A stretch of DNA of 64,000 nt from an uncultured virus (IMG/VR IMGVR_UViG_3300026549_002477) (lineage: Duplodnaviria > Heunggongvirae > Uroviricota > Caudoviricetes). The stretch lies in the IMG/VR virus record IMGVR_UViG_3300026549_002477; one strand, 5' to 3'. Position numbers and translations under genes: made by a program. The notes beneath the pieces are model-generated. The model worked only from the letters and a program-made list of their open reading frames with translations, was not told the DNA's origin and searched no databases. Shown here piece by piece: positions 30,971 to 41,396 of this stretch; position 1 is the stretch's first letter; each line of letters opens with the position of its first letter.

Positions 30971-33570
30971 AAAACAAAGCAGTAAAAACATTAGTATTAT
31001 TACTTAGCTTAGGGATGTCTGCATCATCTTTTACTGGCTGTGGAATGACACAGGTTACAAAAGGTGGTGTTGAAAGTTATGAAAAGGCACCAATTACAAC
31101 TCAGCAAGAGCTAACTGATTATTATGCTAAGCAAGTTAAGTATAGTAATGAAAGCATTGAGAAAAGAAACATAATAAAGCATGAAACTACATATAATTTG
31201 CATGATGTTGATGAAGACACCAAGCAGCAGCTAATTGACTTAACAGCTCAAGAGGAGCAGGTTTTGTCCGAAGATGACTATCCTGTTGAGGATATTGAAA
31301 CTCAAGGACTTATATCAGAAGACAATTTTAATTATATTAAGTCAGTTATTGATGGATATACTTTGACAAAAACTGATCAAAGTATCAGTAACATAAAAGG
31401 TGCTCTTGGATACTATTTTGTTGATGTTACATACAATATAGCACCAGCACCAGCTGGTAAGTTTAAAAAGGCAGCACAGTTGATGGGTATTAGGGGTGCT
31501 TATCAGACAATGTATGATAGCAAAACAAATACTACATATCAAGGGATTAATAAAAATTATCTTAGTGTGCTGGCTGATGCACTCACTAAATATTATACAG
31601 AAAACGATATAAAGAAGAAAGTATACTATGATGGGTATGGTTCATTCCAGATATCTGATAGTGACATTCCTGGTGGTGGAGAAGGTTGGAAATCACACCC
31701 AAGTTTTTCTGAACTTACTGCTGATGTTCTTGAGTCTGATAGTGAAGATACAGATTCTGAGGAAGTAAACCCAGAGGATGAGATCATAGTACCAACTGAT
31801 GAAGATTATGAAGCAGAAACAACTGATGACACAGAGAATGCTGATGACACAGATACTAAAGATACTAAAGATACTAAAGATACTAAAGATACAACTTCCG
31901 ATGCTAATATAGCAAATACAAAATTGAATGATGCTATAAGTGATAGTGATGAGCAGGAAAGCTTGTATGATACAGATATAGACAGTACGAAGTTTGTAAT
32001 TCCATATGTAAGAAGAGTTGATAGTAACATTGGAGAAATTAGAAGTAGTCTTGGTATGACAGTGGATGGCGCATATAATTATATTCCACTTGATTACTTG
32101 TATGAAAGACCATCAGGGAACGGCAATATATCTGGATATGGAATACTTCAGGAAGGTTCTAACGGATTGTCAATGTTTGGTTTTGACAGAAATAATCTTA
32201 GTGGAACATTGACTATGAGATATGTTTTTAAAGAAAGTTCTGATGGAAGTGGTAAGATTTACGGTTATGATACTTATGTAACTGATATAAACATTGATAG
32301 TGGTATTGATGTATCGAGCAATGATGTTTACATGCCGGATTATCTTAAAACAAGCATTGAGTCAGTTGTAGATAGATACGATAGGCTTCAAGCAAATGCT
32401 GATCTTGAGGGTATGATATCTGGTGGCCTTTGTGAAGATCTTGGGTATCCAGTATTAAGAGATTTCCAGCAGGTTTGCAGCAATACAACAAATTATACTT
32501 CAGTTTTCAATAAGTGTTTGGTTAGAAATTCTGCTGAGAATGCTTATCTTATTCAGATTACAACATATACATCTGAAGGACCTAAGGATGTAGATAAATA
32601 TGGTTCATATAAAGATACATATTTCATGGTTGTTCAGCAGCAGGGAACTGATTTCAAGATCATTGATACTCTTAGAACAAAGAGAGAAATGGTTAGAGAG
32701 CCTGATATAGTTCCAGATAGCTCAACAACAAATCGTTTGGTAGCTTTGAATTTGGCTGGTAAGGTTTCTGATGACAGTAAGGAAGAAGTTCAGGAGTTAA
32801 TGACCAACCTTTACAATGCTCTTATCAACCAAGTTAATGATGTTTCTCAAGCTGAAAATGGAGTTGTTGACGGCGTTGATAAAGATGGAAATGCCATTCA
32901 GCTTACAAGAGGTATTCCGAATCTATTTGAAAGTGATCCAGCTCTGTTATCTACTGAACAAAGAAATTATGATATTCAGTTGCTTGAAAACATTGTAACT
33001 AGATTTGGTGGTAGTACTAAGGTAGTTTACAAGGGCAAGATTACTGAATGGATTAGTGGTTATAAGAATCAAGTTGAGTTTGTAACCAAAGAGCTTGCTA
33101 CTTATGAAGGACATGAGAGTGGGTACTATCAGGAAGTTTATTACTTGGTTAATAAAGTAGATGGCGTTTGGTATATTGAAGAGAGAACTGTTATTGATGA
33201 AAATGCCAATGTAACTAATGGTGATCCTAGTAGCTCTGACGATGATAGACTTGATCAGATAAATAATGAAATTGATAGTGACGAACCTGCCGTTGATCTT
33301 TCAGTAGATAAGGAAATCACATCAACTAATATTGATTCAAGTAGCAACACTGAGATTTCTGAAGATGCTTCAAGTGAAACTACAGAACTTTCTGAAGATG
33401 CTTCAAGTGAAACTACAGAACTTTCTGAAGATGCAATTAGTGGAGATACAACAAGTGAAGGTTCTATTGATGAAGCAGTAGATGAAAATAATGATCAAGC
33501 TGAATCAGATGCTGGACAGAATGTTGAGCAGGAAACAGCCGATGAATCTGCAGCTGATCAGGACAAGTAA
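30967..33570 (+). CDS. Lipoprotein (867 aa), candidate TcpC/VirB8-like with NTF2-like domains
   Basis: Lipobox-like SSFTGC. Two C-terminal units end in DTYFMVVQQQGTDFKII and YYLVNKVDGVWYI, typical terminal strands of NTF2-like folds (inference). Confidence 0.7.
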   Translation: MKNKAVKTLVLLLSLGMSASSFTGCGMTQVTKGGVESYEKAPITTQQELTDYYAKQVKYSNESIEKRNIIKHETTYNLHDVDEDTKQQLIDLTAQEEQVLSEDDYPVEDIETQGLISEDNFNYIKSVIDGYTLTKTDQSISNIKGALGYYFVDVTYNIAPAPAGKFKKAAQLMGIRGAYQTMYDSKTNTTYQGINKNYLSVLADALTKYYTENDIKKKVYYDGYGSFQISDSDIPGGGEGWKSHPSFSELTADVLESDSEDTDSEEVNPEDEIIVPTDEDYEAETTDDTENADDTDTKDTKDTKDTKDTTSDANIANTKLNDAISDSDEQESLYDTDIDSTKFVIPYVRRVDSNIGEIRSSLGMTVDGAYNYIPLDYLYERPSGNGNISGYGILQEGSNGLSMFGFDRNNLSGTLTMRYVFKESSDGSGKIYGYDTYVTDINIDSGIDVSSNDVYMPDYLKTSIESVVDRYDRLQANADLEGMISGGLCEDLGYPVLRDFQQVCSNTTNYTSVFNKCLVRNSAENAYLIQITTYTSEGPKDVDKYGSYKDTYFMVVQQQGTDFKIIDTLRTKREMVREPDIVPDSSTTNRLVALNLAGKVSDDSKEEVQELMTNLYNALINQVNDVSQAENGVVDGVDKDGNAIQLTRGIPNLFESDPALLSTEQRNYDIQLLENIVTRFGGSTKVVYKGKITEWISGYKNQVEFVTKELATYEGHESGYYQEVYYLVNKVDGVWYIEERTVIDENANVTNGDPSSSDDDRLDQINNEIDSDEPAVDLSVDKEITSTNIDSSSNTEISEDASSETTELSEDASSETTELSEDAISGDTTSEGSIDEAVDENNDQAESDAGQNVEQETADESAADQDK
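31852..31893 (+). repeat. 9-bp in-frame tandem repeat (DTK x4)
   Basis: gatactaaa x4 plus a partial copy. Confidence 0.92.
33358..33434 (+). repeat. 33-bp in-frame tandem repeat (SEDASSETTEL x2 plus partial)
   Basis: tctgaagatgcttcaagtgaaactacagaactt x2, then tctgaagatgc. Confidence 0.92.
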
Positions 33571-33608
33571 AGATTAGACTTATAAATGTAGTAATAATAA
33601 GATAAATG

Positions 33609-33646
33609 TAAAAACGTCATGGCTTTCATAGGCTGTGACGTTTTTA
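33609..33646 (+). terminator. Rho-independent terminator ending the membrane/transfer locus
   Basis: taaaaacgtcatggc ... gctgtgacgttttta. Confidence 0.85.
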
Positions 33647-33750
33647 TAATGTAAGTGTTATTTTTATAAAAAGTTTTTAAAAATTGTGTTTCATAGTAAA
33701 CCCAAATTAAAATGTGTTTGGCTTTATTACTTTGGAGGAATAGGATTAAA

Positions 33751-34077
33751 ATGGATAAGAAGCCTGATAGAAAGAGTCATATTATTCACGGAGATAAGCA
33801 TGAGCGAATTGGAACTCCATTAAACATTCATGATATGAATGGTGAGCCACTGTTTGTTGGAGATATTGTAGATTATGTTCCGAGTGGCTTTGAAGAGTGT
33901 ATTATCCTGTGGAATGCCGAAACAAGACATTATGAGTTAATGCTAACTCGTTCTAATTGGTATGATAATCATGAGAAGTACAATAGCAATAGCTATGGAA
34001 AATCTTATGGTCTTAGACTCGACGAATCAATGAGAATGGATTTAAAACTTGTTGAACATTCTAAATACATTGCATAA
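33751..34077 (+). CDS. YopX-like hypothetical protein
   Basis: GGAGG RBS. IHDMNGEPLFVGDIV resembles the YopX motif (D.NG..IY.GDIV). Confidence 0.6.
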   Translation: MDKKPDRKSHIIHGDKHERIGTPLNIHDMNGEPLFVGDIVDYVPSGFEECIILWNAETRHYELMLTRSNWYDNHEKYNSNSYGKSYGLRLDESMRMDLKLVEHSKYIA

Positions 34078-34090
34078 AAGAGGTATTAGT

Positions 34091-35704
34091 ATGGCTGTTA
34101 AAGTAGCTCCAATTTGGCATGGAATGTACATAGGTGACATGTCAGAACAAAGGGCTGAAAACATCATGAAAGTTAGAGAAGCAAAATGTGTGGATGGTTT
34201 GAAACACATGATATTTGACTTTCCTATTGATATGATAAAGAGAAGCTTTGATGAAGAAAAGAGTATACGTCAGATAATTAAGGAAGAAAACCTTGATTGG
34301 AAACAATACATTGCAGAATTAAGAGATTATCAGACAGTTGGAACTGCTTTCATGTATATTTCACCAAGAAGCATTATTGCGGATGGGTGCGGACTAGGTA
34401 AAACTGCTGAAGTAGCTGCTCTGATTAATTGGATCAAACAAGAAGGAACAATGACAAAATTCCTTATGGCTGTTGAAACTTCTGCACTTGGTCAGATGCA
34501 GTGTGAATTGATAAGGTTTACTGGTTTAAATATAGTTGCAATGCCATCTGAAGCTCCTAAGATTAGAAAATGTGTTGAAAATGTTGATTGGACTCATGTT
34601 GATGGAATTGTTATTAAACATTCTACTTTGAGAAGTGACGAGTTTTCAAAATGGGTTGCAACTTATATGAATCCTGATGGAACTTGTAGATTGTTCAATA
34701 CATTTTTTCTTGATGAGAGTTCAGTAATTAAAAACAGTAATACTAAGATGTACACTTATACTCAAAATATTTGCAACATTTGTAATAGAGTACATTTTAT
34801 GAACGCTACTGCTTTTGAAACCAGTATTTTGGATGTTTATAACCAGTTGGACCTGGTTAATCCAGATTTACTTCCTAAAAAGTGGCGTATTGAAAAAGAT
34901 TTTTGTGTATACCATAGAAAGTCTTATTGGACTAAAGTAAATGGTAAAGCTCAAATAAATTATTCTTTTGAAAGAACAGGATATAAGAATCAAGAAGCAT
35001 TTAAGCAGAGTCTCAAACTTGTGTATTTTGGTAGGTCTAAGAAAGATATTGGTATGAATACACCATCCATTTACAAAGTTTATGAGGTGGATCCAACTAA
35101 GGAAATGCTTGCAGCTATCAAGGGTGGATATAGATATAACGAGGTATTGAATTGTCCATCATTGATTCCAGATATTAAAATCGATTTTGATAGGAAGTCA
35201 GTACCAAAGCTTGATAGACTATGTACATTGATTGAAAATGACTTCAGTGACAGTAGTGTTATGATCTATTGTTTCCATTTGGAGGCACAGAAAGTAATTG
35301 CAAATGAGCTGATTAAAATAGGACGTAAGCCATGTATTTTGAATGGTGAGTGTAACGATGAAGAGAGATACAGAATACAGAGTGAATTTAATAAGGGAAA
35401 TTATGATGTAATCATTACAGATATTAAGAAGTCATTGAATTTGTACGGTGGAGATGTTTGTATATTCTATAGTAATGAAACAAATCCTTCAAAGTCATTC
35501 CAGATAGCTTCAAGAATTGATAGAAATGTTGATAATAGAACAAAAACATTTATTTTGTTACTTTACAGTGGAACTCCTGAGTATGATTTCTTTGTTGGAG
35601 TTGTAAGGCAACGAGCAAAAGATGCTAGAGATCTTACAATTGATGCAAAGACAACAGTTGATTATTTTTGGGATTCCATGAATGAAGAAGAAAACACACA
35701 GTGA
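34091..35704 (+). CDS. SNF2-like (SF2) helicase/ATPase
   Basis: LRDYQ Q-motif, IIADGCGLGKT, LDESS (motif II variant), NATAFE, SLNLYGGD, QIASRIDR. Confidence 0.87.
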   Translation: MAVKVAPIWHGMYIGDMSEQRAENIMKVREAKCVDGLKHMIFDFPIDMIKRSFDEEKSIRQIIKEENLDWKQYIAELRDYQTVGTAFMYISPRSIIADGCGLGKTAEVAALINWIKQEGTMTKFLMAVETSALGQMQCELIRFTGLNIVAMPSEAPKIRKCVENVDWTHVDGIVIKHSTLRSDEFSKWVATYMNPDGTCRLFNTFFLDESSVIKNSNTKMYTYTQNICNICNRVHFMNATAFETSILDVYNQLDLVNPDLLPKKWRIEKDFCVYHRKSYWTKVNGKAQINYSFERTGYKNQEAFKQSLKLVYFGRSKKDIGMNTPSIYKVYEVDPTKEMLAAIKGGYRYNEVLNCPSLIPDIKIDFDRKSVPKLDRLCTLIENDFSDSSVMIYCFHLEAQKVIANELIKIGRKPCILNGECNDEERYRIQSEFNKGNYDVIITDIKKSLNLYGGDVCIFYSNETNPSKSFQIASRIDRNVDNRTKTFILLLYSGTPEYDFFVGVVRQRAKDARDLTIDAKTTVDYFWDSMNEEENTQ

Positions 35705-35721
35705 AATGGAGGAATATAAGT

Positions 35722-36567
35722 ATGAAATTTAGAAGTATTAAGAAAATGCTTTCAGTTGGTTTAGCCTCAGTATTGATAGCTTCAATGCTTACTGGTTGTG
35801 GTTCTAAACCAACGGTTGATGAAGCTGGTAATCCTATTTATGAGAATTATTCTCATGATGATTTGGTAGCAGCAGTTGAGAATTTGCAGAGTAATTATAA
35901 TACTTTGCAGAGCCAGTATGATGAATTATCAACTTTGTATGAGCAGTTGACAACATCTGATACACCTAAGACAACAATTAGCATGATTGATGCAGCCACG
36001 AATAAGTATTCGTTTAACTCTATTGATAGTAACATAGTATTTAAGAATGGTTTGGGGTATCCTGGATCATCTACAATAAGCCCATCTGGAAACATCGAAA
36101 TTGTTAAGAATGTTGATATTAATCCTGGTTCAAACTGGATTTGTAGAATGAACGGTTCAAGTATTGAACTTCAGCATATTGGAAGTGATACAGAACATTC
36201 AACAGATGGAATCAGTGGTACAATTCTTGTTAATAAGATTGATGATGCCTTGAAGCAATCAGCAGCTGACATTAGAAATAAAGTTATTGATACTTACTTC
36301 CAGCAGCTTACTCCTGATCAAATGAATCAGGCTGTTTATACAGAGATTTTTGTTGGTGGACAGACAAATGGTATGCAGGCTAAGGTTCCGATTAGAATTG
36401 ATCAGGATGCTGGGTATCTCAGACTTGGTATGTTTGCATTTGGTGGTTATGCAGTAACATATGTATTTGTTTATAGAAGTAATCAAGATCCTGTTAAGGA
36501 TGAATTAATCCAGACTGTTCTTAATTCAATCACTATTAGTAATCAGGCAGTCAATATCACTGATTAA
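35722..36567 (+). CDS. Lipoprotein of unknown function
   Basis: GGAGG RBS, lipobox LTGC, short coiled coil, beta-rich C-terminal domain. Confidence 0.85.
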   Translation: MKFRSIKKMLSVGLASVLIASMLTGCGSKPTVDEAGNPIYENYSHDDLVAAVENLQSNYNTLQSQYDELSTLYEQLTTSDTPKTTISMIDAATNKYSFNSIDSNIVFKNGLGYPGSSTISPSGNIEIVKNVDINPGSNWICRMNGSSIELQHIGSDTEHSTDGISGTILVNKIDDALKQSAADIRNKVIDTYFQQLTPDQMNQAVYTEIFVGGQTNGMQAKVPIRIDQDAGYLRLGMFAFGGYAVTYVFVYRSNQDPVKDELIQTVLNSITISNQAVNITD

Positions 36568-36587
36568 AAAGACAGAGGAATTTATTG

Positions 36588-37640
36588 ATGGAAGACAAAG
36601 ATAAAATTGATTACACTAATACATCGGATGACATTGAAGAAGTTGATGTAGATGATGCTATTGACGATTTGATTGAAGATAACAACATAGATGATTCAGT
36701 TGACATTGATAACGAAGAAGAAGCTCCGATCATTGGTTTATCTGAAGGTCAATTAAAAGAAATTGATGAGAGATATGCAATAAACAGTGGTCTAGTTCCA
36801 GAAGCAATTTTAAAGAATGATACAACCAATAAGAATGACACAACCAATAACGAGAATCATAGTTGGAAATTTGATAATAATGAGTTATGGCACAGAGTAA
36901 TGCTTAAATGTAAAAACGAAAGTATAAGGATAGCGCACTTAAGTAAATATACTAAAGCTGTTAATTATCTTCTTACAACAACTAGATTAAACAGATTACC
37001 TGATATAAGTATTTTATTAGGTGCTCCAAATGACTTTTATCAAGAGGGAATTGCTTATGAATGTATTATGAATCTTATGAAAAACAATCATAAATGCGTT
37101 CCGTATGTAAGTCTTCTTGAGTTGTCTTATATAAGAAGCACTGCTGAAAATGTCATTATGGAGCCATATAAAGTATATGACCAGAAGAAAGCTACTCATG
37201 ACATAAGAAATAGAGAGTATATTAAAAATAAAGGTTTTGTAGCTCCAATATATAAAGATATAACTATGGGAAAAGCCAATAACTTTCTAAATAGAGAACT
37301 AACAAAGCAATATAACTATTTTGATTATGTAAATGCTGATTGTTTGTTTACTTACTTTTCTGGTATAGGGTCTAAAGAAGTTGAAAGTTATGAACTTTTG
37401 GAATTATTAAACATCAGAGGAAGTAAGATGTTACCAACAATAGTATTTACGAAAACCTCGGATGAAAAATATAAAGATGATCCTAGATTACTGAAGTATG
37501 TTATAGATGAAACATTAATGGGACAGTCAAACACTGATGTTGATAAGATAAAGAGAAGAAATGTGTATAATAAGCTATATCATATTTCTTGTTATTGGAC
37601 AGATAATGACAATTCAATACTTTCTAAAGATAGTGATTAA
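36588..37640 (+). CDS. Degenerate DnaC/IstB-like AAA+ protein
   Basis: SILLGAP..., YVSLLEL, YVNADCLF, LLELLNIRGSKMLPTIVFT follow the DnaC/IstB layout, but Walker A GKT and Walker B DD are absent. Confidence 0.5.
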   Translation: MEDKDKIDYTNTSDDIEEVDVDDAIDDLIEDNNIDDSVDIDNEEEAPIIGLSEGQLKEIDERYAINSGLVPEAILKNDTTNKNDTTNNENHSWKFDNNELWHRVMLKCKNESIRIAHLSKYTKAVNYLLTTTRLNRLPDISILLGAPNDFYQEGIAYECIMNLMKNNHKCVPYVSLLELSYIRSTAENVIMEPYKVYDQKKATHDIRNREYIKNKGFVAPIYKDITMGKANNFLNRELTKQYNYFDYVNADCLFTYFSGIGSKEVESYELLELLNIRGSKMLPTIVFTKTSDEKYKDDPRLLKYVIDETLMGQSNTDVDKIKRRNVYNKLYHISCYWTDNDNSILSKDSD

Positions 37641-37845
37641 ACATTTTAAAATAAGGTTTTAAATGCAAGAATTAAATTAAACATAAAGTTTGAGCTAGTA
37701 AAAGTTATAGAAGCATTTAAGATAGGGTTTAATAGGTTTGACAAAGTTACAAACCAAAAATAAAAAGTGAAATAAACACCTTTCTCGACATTAGTTTTAA
37801 ATCTGAAACGATTTAAAATTTTTGGAAAGAGAGGTGTTTTAATTT

Positions 37846-38760
37846 ATGATTAAATCTGGTGTTACATATAGAGTAACTGGATTATATAAGAATGGTAATA
37901 AAGTAGCAGCATATCATTTAGTTGGCGAAGATGGTTCTAGTTCAGTCGAAAGTAGAGATAGAATGATCTATCTAATAAGTCGCGGAATAGTTGTTAATAT
38001 GAGAATTAACACTGGGACTGTGACTGATGAAAATGGAATTACTACTAAGAACATAATATTAAGAGGAAAAGGCGTTAACCTTGCTACTCTTCCAGTATAT
38101 GATATAAATAATCAACAGTTAAAAACTATTGGAGCTAGTGGAAATAGAACTGCAACAAGTGTTAGTCATGAATCAGCTTCTAATACAATGGGTCAGTATG
38201 AAATAACCAAGAGAATAATGCTTGGAAACAAGTGTCTTGGATATGAGATTAAAGATCATAGTGGTCATCTGTATAGAAAAAGCAGAGAAGTAGTGTTTAA
38301 ACTTGCTAGAAAAGAATTAATTAGCAATGCTAAAGCTGCAGTAGCTGAAAAAGATGGTGTTGACATTCCTATTTTGACTGGCATTAATTGTAAGCTTAAG
38401 GATTTACCCGTTTTAATTATAGATAGCTATGGGAATATAGTCGAAAGCGGTAAGTCTACTAGCACAACCATTAGGGCTGTTGCTATGAATCATCCGGGAA
38501 TTATTACATTATCCACTACACATCAGATAGTCAACTTTAAAGCTGGAGATATCATTATATGTAATATAGATGGACACATAAGCTATATGTCTTATAAAGA
38601 TTTTATGACTAAATACATAGTGGATAAAAATAGTAAAACTGCAACTTGTGATAGTTACCTTGATACTATTAGTAGATACAGTATTGAAATTTTTGGATCA
38701 AGTAAAGTTACTTTAAACGCTGCTATTATTAAGAAATGGGCCATATTTAAGTTGAAGTAA
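37846..38760 (+). CDS. Hypothetical protein: two DUF3892-like modules and a PGDYG-like module
   Basis: Two internal repeats ending LRGKGVNLATLP and LTGINCKLKDLP, then KAGDIIICNIDGHISYMSYKDFMTKY. Confidence 0.8.
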   Translation: MIKSGVTYRVTGLYKNGNKVAAYHLVGEDGSSSVESRDRMIYLISRGIVVNMRINTGTVTDENGITTKNIILRGKGVNLATLPVYDINNQQLKTIGASGNRTATSVSHESASNTMGQYEITKRIMLGNKCLGYEIKDHSGHLYRKSREVVFKLARKELISNAKAAVAEKDGVDIPILTGINCKLKDLPVLIIDSYGNIVESGKSTSTTIRAVAMNHPGIITLSTTHQIVNFKAGDIIICNIDGHISYMSYKDFMTKYIVDKNSKTATCDSYLDTISRYSIEIFGSSKVTLNAAIIKKWAIFKLK

Positions 38761-39236
38761 AGCATTGAATTTGCCTATTGATATGCATAGGAATTAAAAA
38801 TAATAAAACAGTGTTAAAAATTTGGTTTACTTTAATATTTTCTAAACAATAAAACTAAAATATATGTTTTATGGTTAATTGTAAAAATTAAAAAATTAGA
38901 TTTTTAGCCACTGATAAATTTGGCAACATGTCGAATGAACAGTGGCTAAAAATATGTGAACATAATTGCTCGAAAATTTTGAAAATTTGAGAGAGAAATT
39001 TTTGAGTAGAGTATGAGATATATAAAAATCAGTAAATAGACATTAGTAGTAGGATATACTTAAAATTTGATGGATCAATAAGATTTAACATAATAGTTAA
39101 CCTTAAAATAAAAGAAGTATGTTTAATTAATAATAATTTTGGGTTTGGAAGTAAAGGAAGAACTCTTAATTAAATAAGATGTACATTAAAAATATAGCGA
39201 AATAGATTAAAAATTTTAGGAGGAACTGTTAAAGTA

Positions 39237-41351
39237 ATGGGTACAAATAATAAAAATGCTAGCATTAACTCAAATGGTGTCGGACATATGGTTGATGATA
39301 GAAACCTAACAAGTCTGAATGAAGTAGATAAGGTTAGAAAGAAGCCATCTGTCATTTTTGGTACTAATGATGAGGCTGGTGCTTACCATGGAATTTGGGA
39401 AGTTATCACTAACTCTATTGATGAGGCTCGTGAAGGATATGGCAAGCAAATTGATGTAACCATTGAGAAAGATCACATTGTCACTGTAGAAGATGAAGGA
39501 CGTGGTCTTCCTATGGACTGGAACCCTAAAGAGAATAAGTACAACTGGCAGTTGGCTTTGTGCAGTTTGTACAGTTCTGGAAAATATGATAGTACACAGT
39601 ATGGTGGTGCAGCTGGCACAAATGGGTTGGGACTTACCGCTATGCAGTTTGCTTCTAGCTATATGAAAGTATGGTCTACTTATAATAATAGAACATATTA
39701 CATTGAGTTTAAGAAGGGTCTGCCAGCCTGTGAGTTGAAGATCATGGATCCAATTAAGGCTGGTACTGGTACAAAAATTGAATTTCAGCCAGATCCAGAA
39801 GTATTTCCTAACTTAGCCGATCCAAAGACAGTTGTAAATTATAGTCAGTACTTTCTTGATTTGAGAAGACAGGCTATGTTGATTCCTGGGCTTCTAATCA
39901 ATTTTACTCACTATACTTTTGTTGACGAAGAGACAGGTAAGCCGAAGACTATTCCTATTATTTTTAAGAATGGTATTGTTGATGCTATTGATATGAGCAT
40001 GGAGATTAGCAATGTAAAACCAATTATTTCTAATACACAGTATTATGAGGGGTCTGCTGAAGGCACCGATCGTCCAGAAGATGAGAATTACACTGTTAAG
40101 ATGAGATTTGCATTTAATTTCGGTAGAGTACCAGGTGAGTGGTCTGATTTCTCACAGCATATAGAAGTTTACCATGATGGTATGCATATGTTTGAAGGAG
40201 GTAAAACTCTTGAAGCATTGAAGAACGGTCTCATTGGAGCTTTTAATGGATATGCAATGGAAACTAAAAAGCTTAAGAAGAATGAGATGCTTACTTTTGA
40301 TGATATTTCAGACATTGCAATGATTATTGTTGCAACTGATGCACCTGGATTTAGAACTTATTTTAAGAACCAGACAAAGGGTGCCATTACTAATAAGTTT
40401 ATCGGTTCTGCTCTTCATGACTTTATTACAAATAGCCTCATTGATTGGATGAATAAAGATAAGGATACAGCTAATAAGGTTGTTGATGAAATGGTTGCTA
40501 ATATGCAGGCTCGTATCGAAGCAAAGGCAGTCAGTAAGAAAGTCATCAACAAGCTTAGTAAAGCAGTAAGTTTTAACAATAAGCCACAACTGTTTGTTGA
40601 TTGCAGCTCGAAAGATGTTTCAAAGCGTGAGTTATATATCGTTGAGGGACGTTCCGCATTTGGTTCAACTCAGCTGGCTAGAGATCCTCATTTCCAGGCA
40701 GTTCTTCCTGTAAGGGGTAAAACTATCAACTGTTTGAAAAATAAGTTGACTGAAGTAATTAATAGTGATATTATTATTGATACTTATAGAGTCCTTGGAT
40801 GCGGGATTGAAGCAAAGAGTAAATATGTAACTGATCTTCCAAAGTTTAACATTAATAAACTGAACTATGATAAGATCATCATTTGTACTGATGCTGATGT
40901 TGATGGAGGACATATTAGATGCCTTTTGATAACAGCATTTTATGTACTCAGCCCTTCTCTTCTTAAAGAAGGCAAGGTTTATATTGTTGAGACACCTTTG
41001 TATGACATTAAAGTTGATTATCAGGGTAAGTGGCAGTCAATATTTGCATATACTGATGCTGAAAAAGATAGATACTTGAAGATTCTTCATGATAACGGTA
41101 TTACTGATAAGAAGATCGTGATTGGTCGGTCTAAGGGTCTTGGTGAAAATAATGCAGAGATGATGCATCAGACAACCATGGATCCTAAGAATCGTCACAT
41201 GATTAGGGTTAAGTATCCTGAAACAGATGCTGAGATCAAGCAGATGCATGACTATTTCAATGCTTTACTTGGAGATGACCTTGCTGAAAGAAAGAATCTC
41301 ATTACTGATTATTTTAAGAGCACTGAAGATGAAGTTCCTATGTATGATTAA
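39237..41351 (+). CDS. gyrB: Type IIA topoisomerase subunit B (GyrB/ParE family)
   Basis: VRKKP, EVITNSIDE, DEGRGLP, GTNGLG (GHKL domain); IVEGRSA, PVRGK, TDADVDG (TOPRIM); SKGLGE. Confidence 0.93.
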   Translation: MGTNNKNASINSNGVGHMVDDRNLTSLNEVDKVRKKPSVIFGTNDEAGAYHGIWEVITNSIDEAREGYGKQIDVTIEKDHIVTVEDEGRGLPMDWNPKENKYNWQLALCSLYSSGKYDSTQYGGAAGTNGLGLTAMQFASSYMKVWSTYNNRTYYIEFKKGLPACELKIMDPIKAGTGTKIEFQPDPEVFPNLADPKTVVNYSQYFLDLRRQAMLIPGLLINFTHYTFVDEETGKPKTIPIIFKNGIVDAIDMSMEISNVKPIISNTQYYEGSAEGTDRPEDENYTVKMRFAFNFGRVPGEWSDFSQHIEVYHDGMHMFEGGKTLEALKNGLIGAFNGYAMETKKLKKNEMLTFDDISDIAMIIVATDAPGFRTYFKNQTKGAITNKFIGSALHDFITNSLIDWMNKDKDTANKVVDEMVANMQARIEAKAVSKKVINKLSKAVSFNNKPQLFVDCSSKDVSKRELYIVEGRSAFGSTQLARDPHFQAVLPVRGKTINCLKNKLTEVINSDIIIDTYRVLGCGIEAKSKYVTDLPKFNINKLNYDKIIICTDADVDGGHIRCLLITAFYVLSPSLLKEGKVYIVETPLYDIKVDYQGKWQSIFAYTDAEKDRYLKILHDNGITDKKIVIGRSKGLGENNAEMMHQTTMDPKNRHMIRVKYPETDAEIKQMHDYFNALLGDDLAERKNLITDYFKSTEDEVPMYD

Positions 41352-41396
41352 AAATTGACAACAATTGGAATAAATTCATTGTAAGAGGAAATTGTT

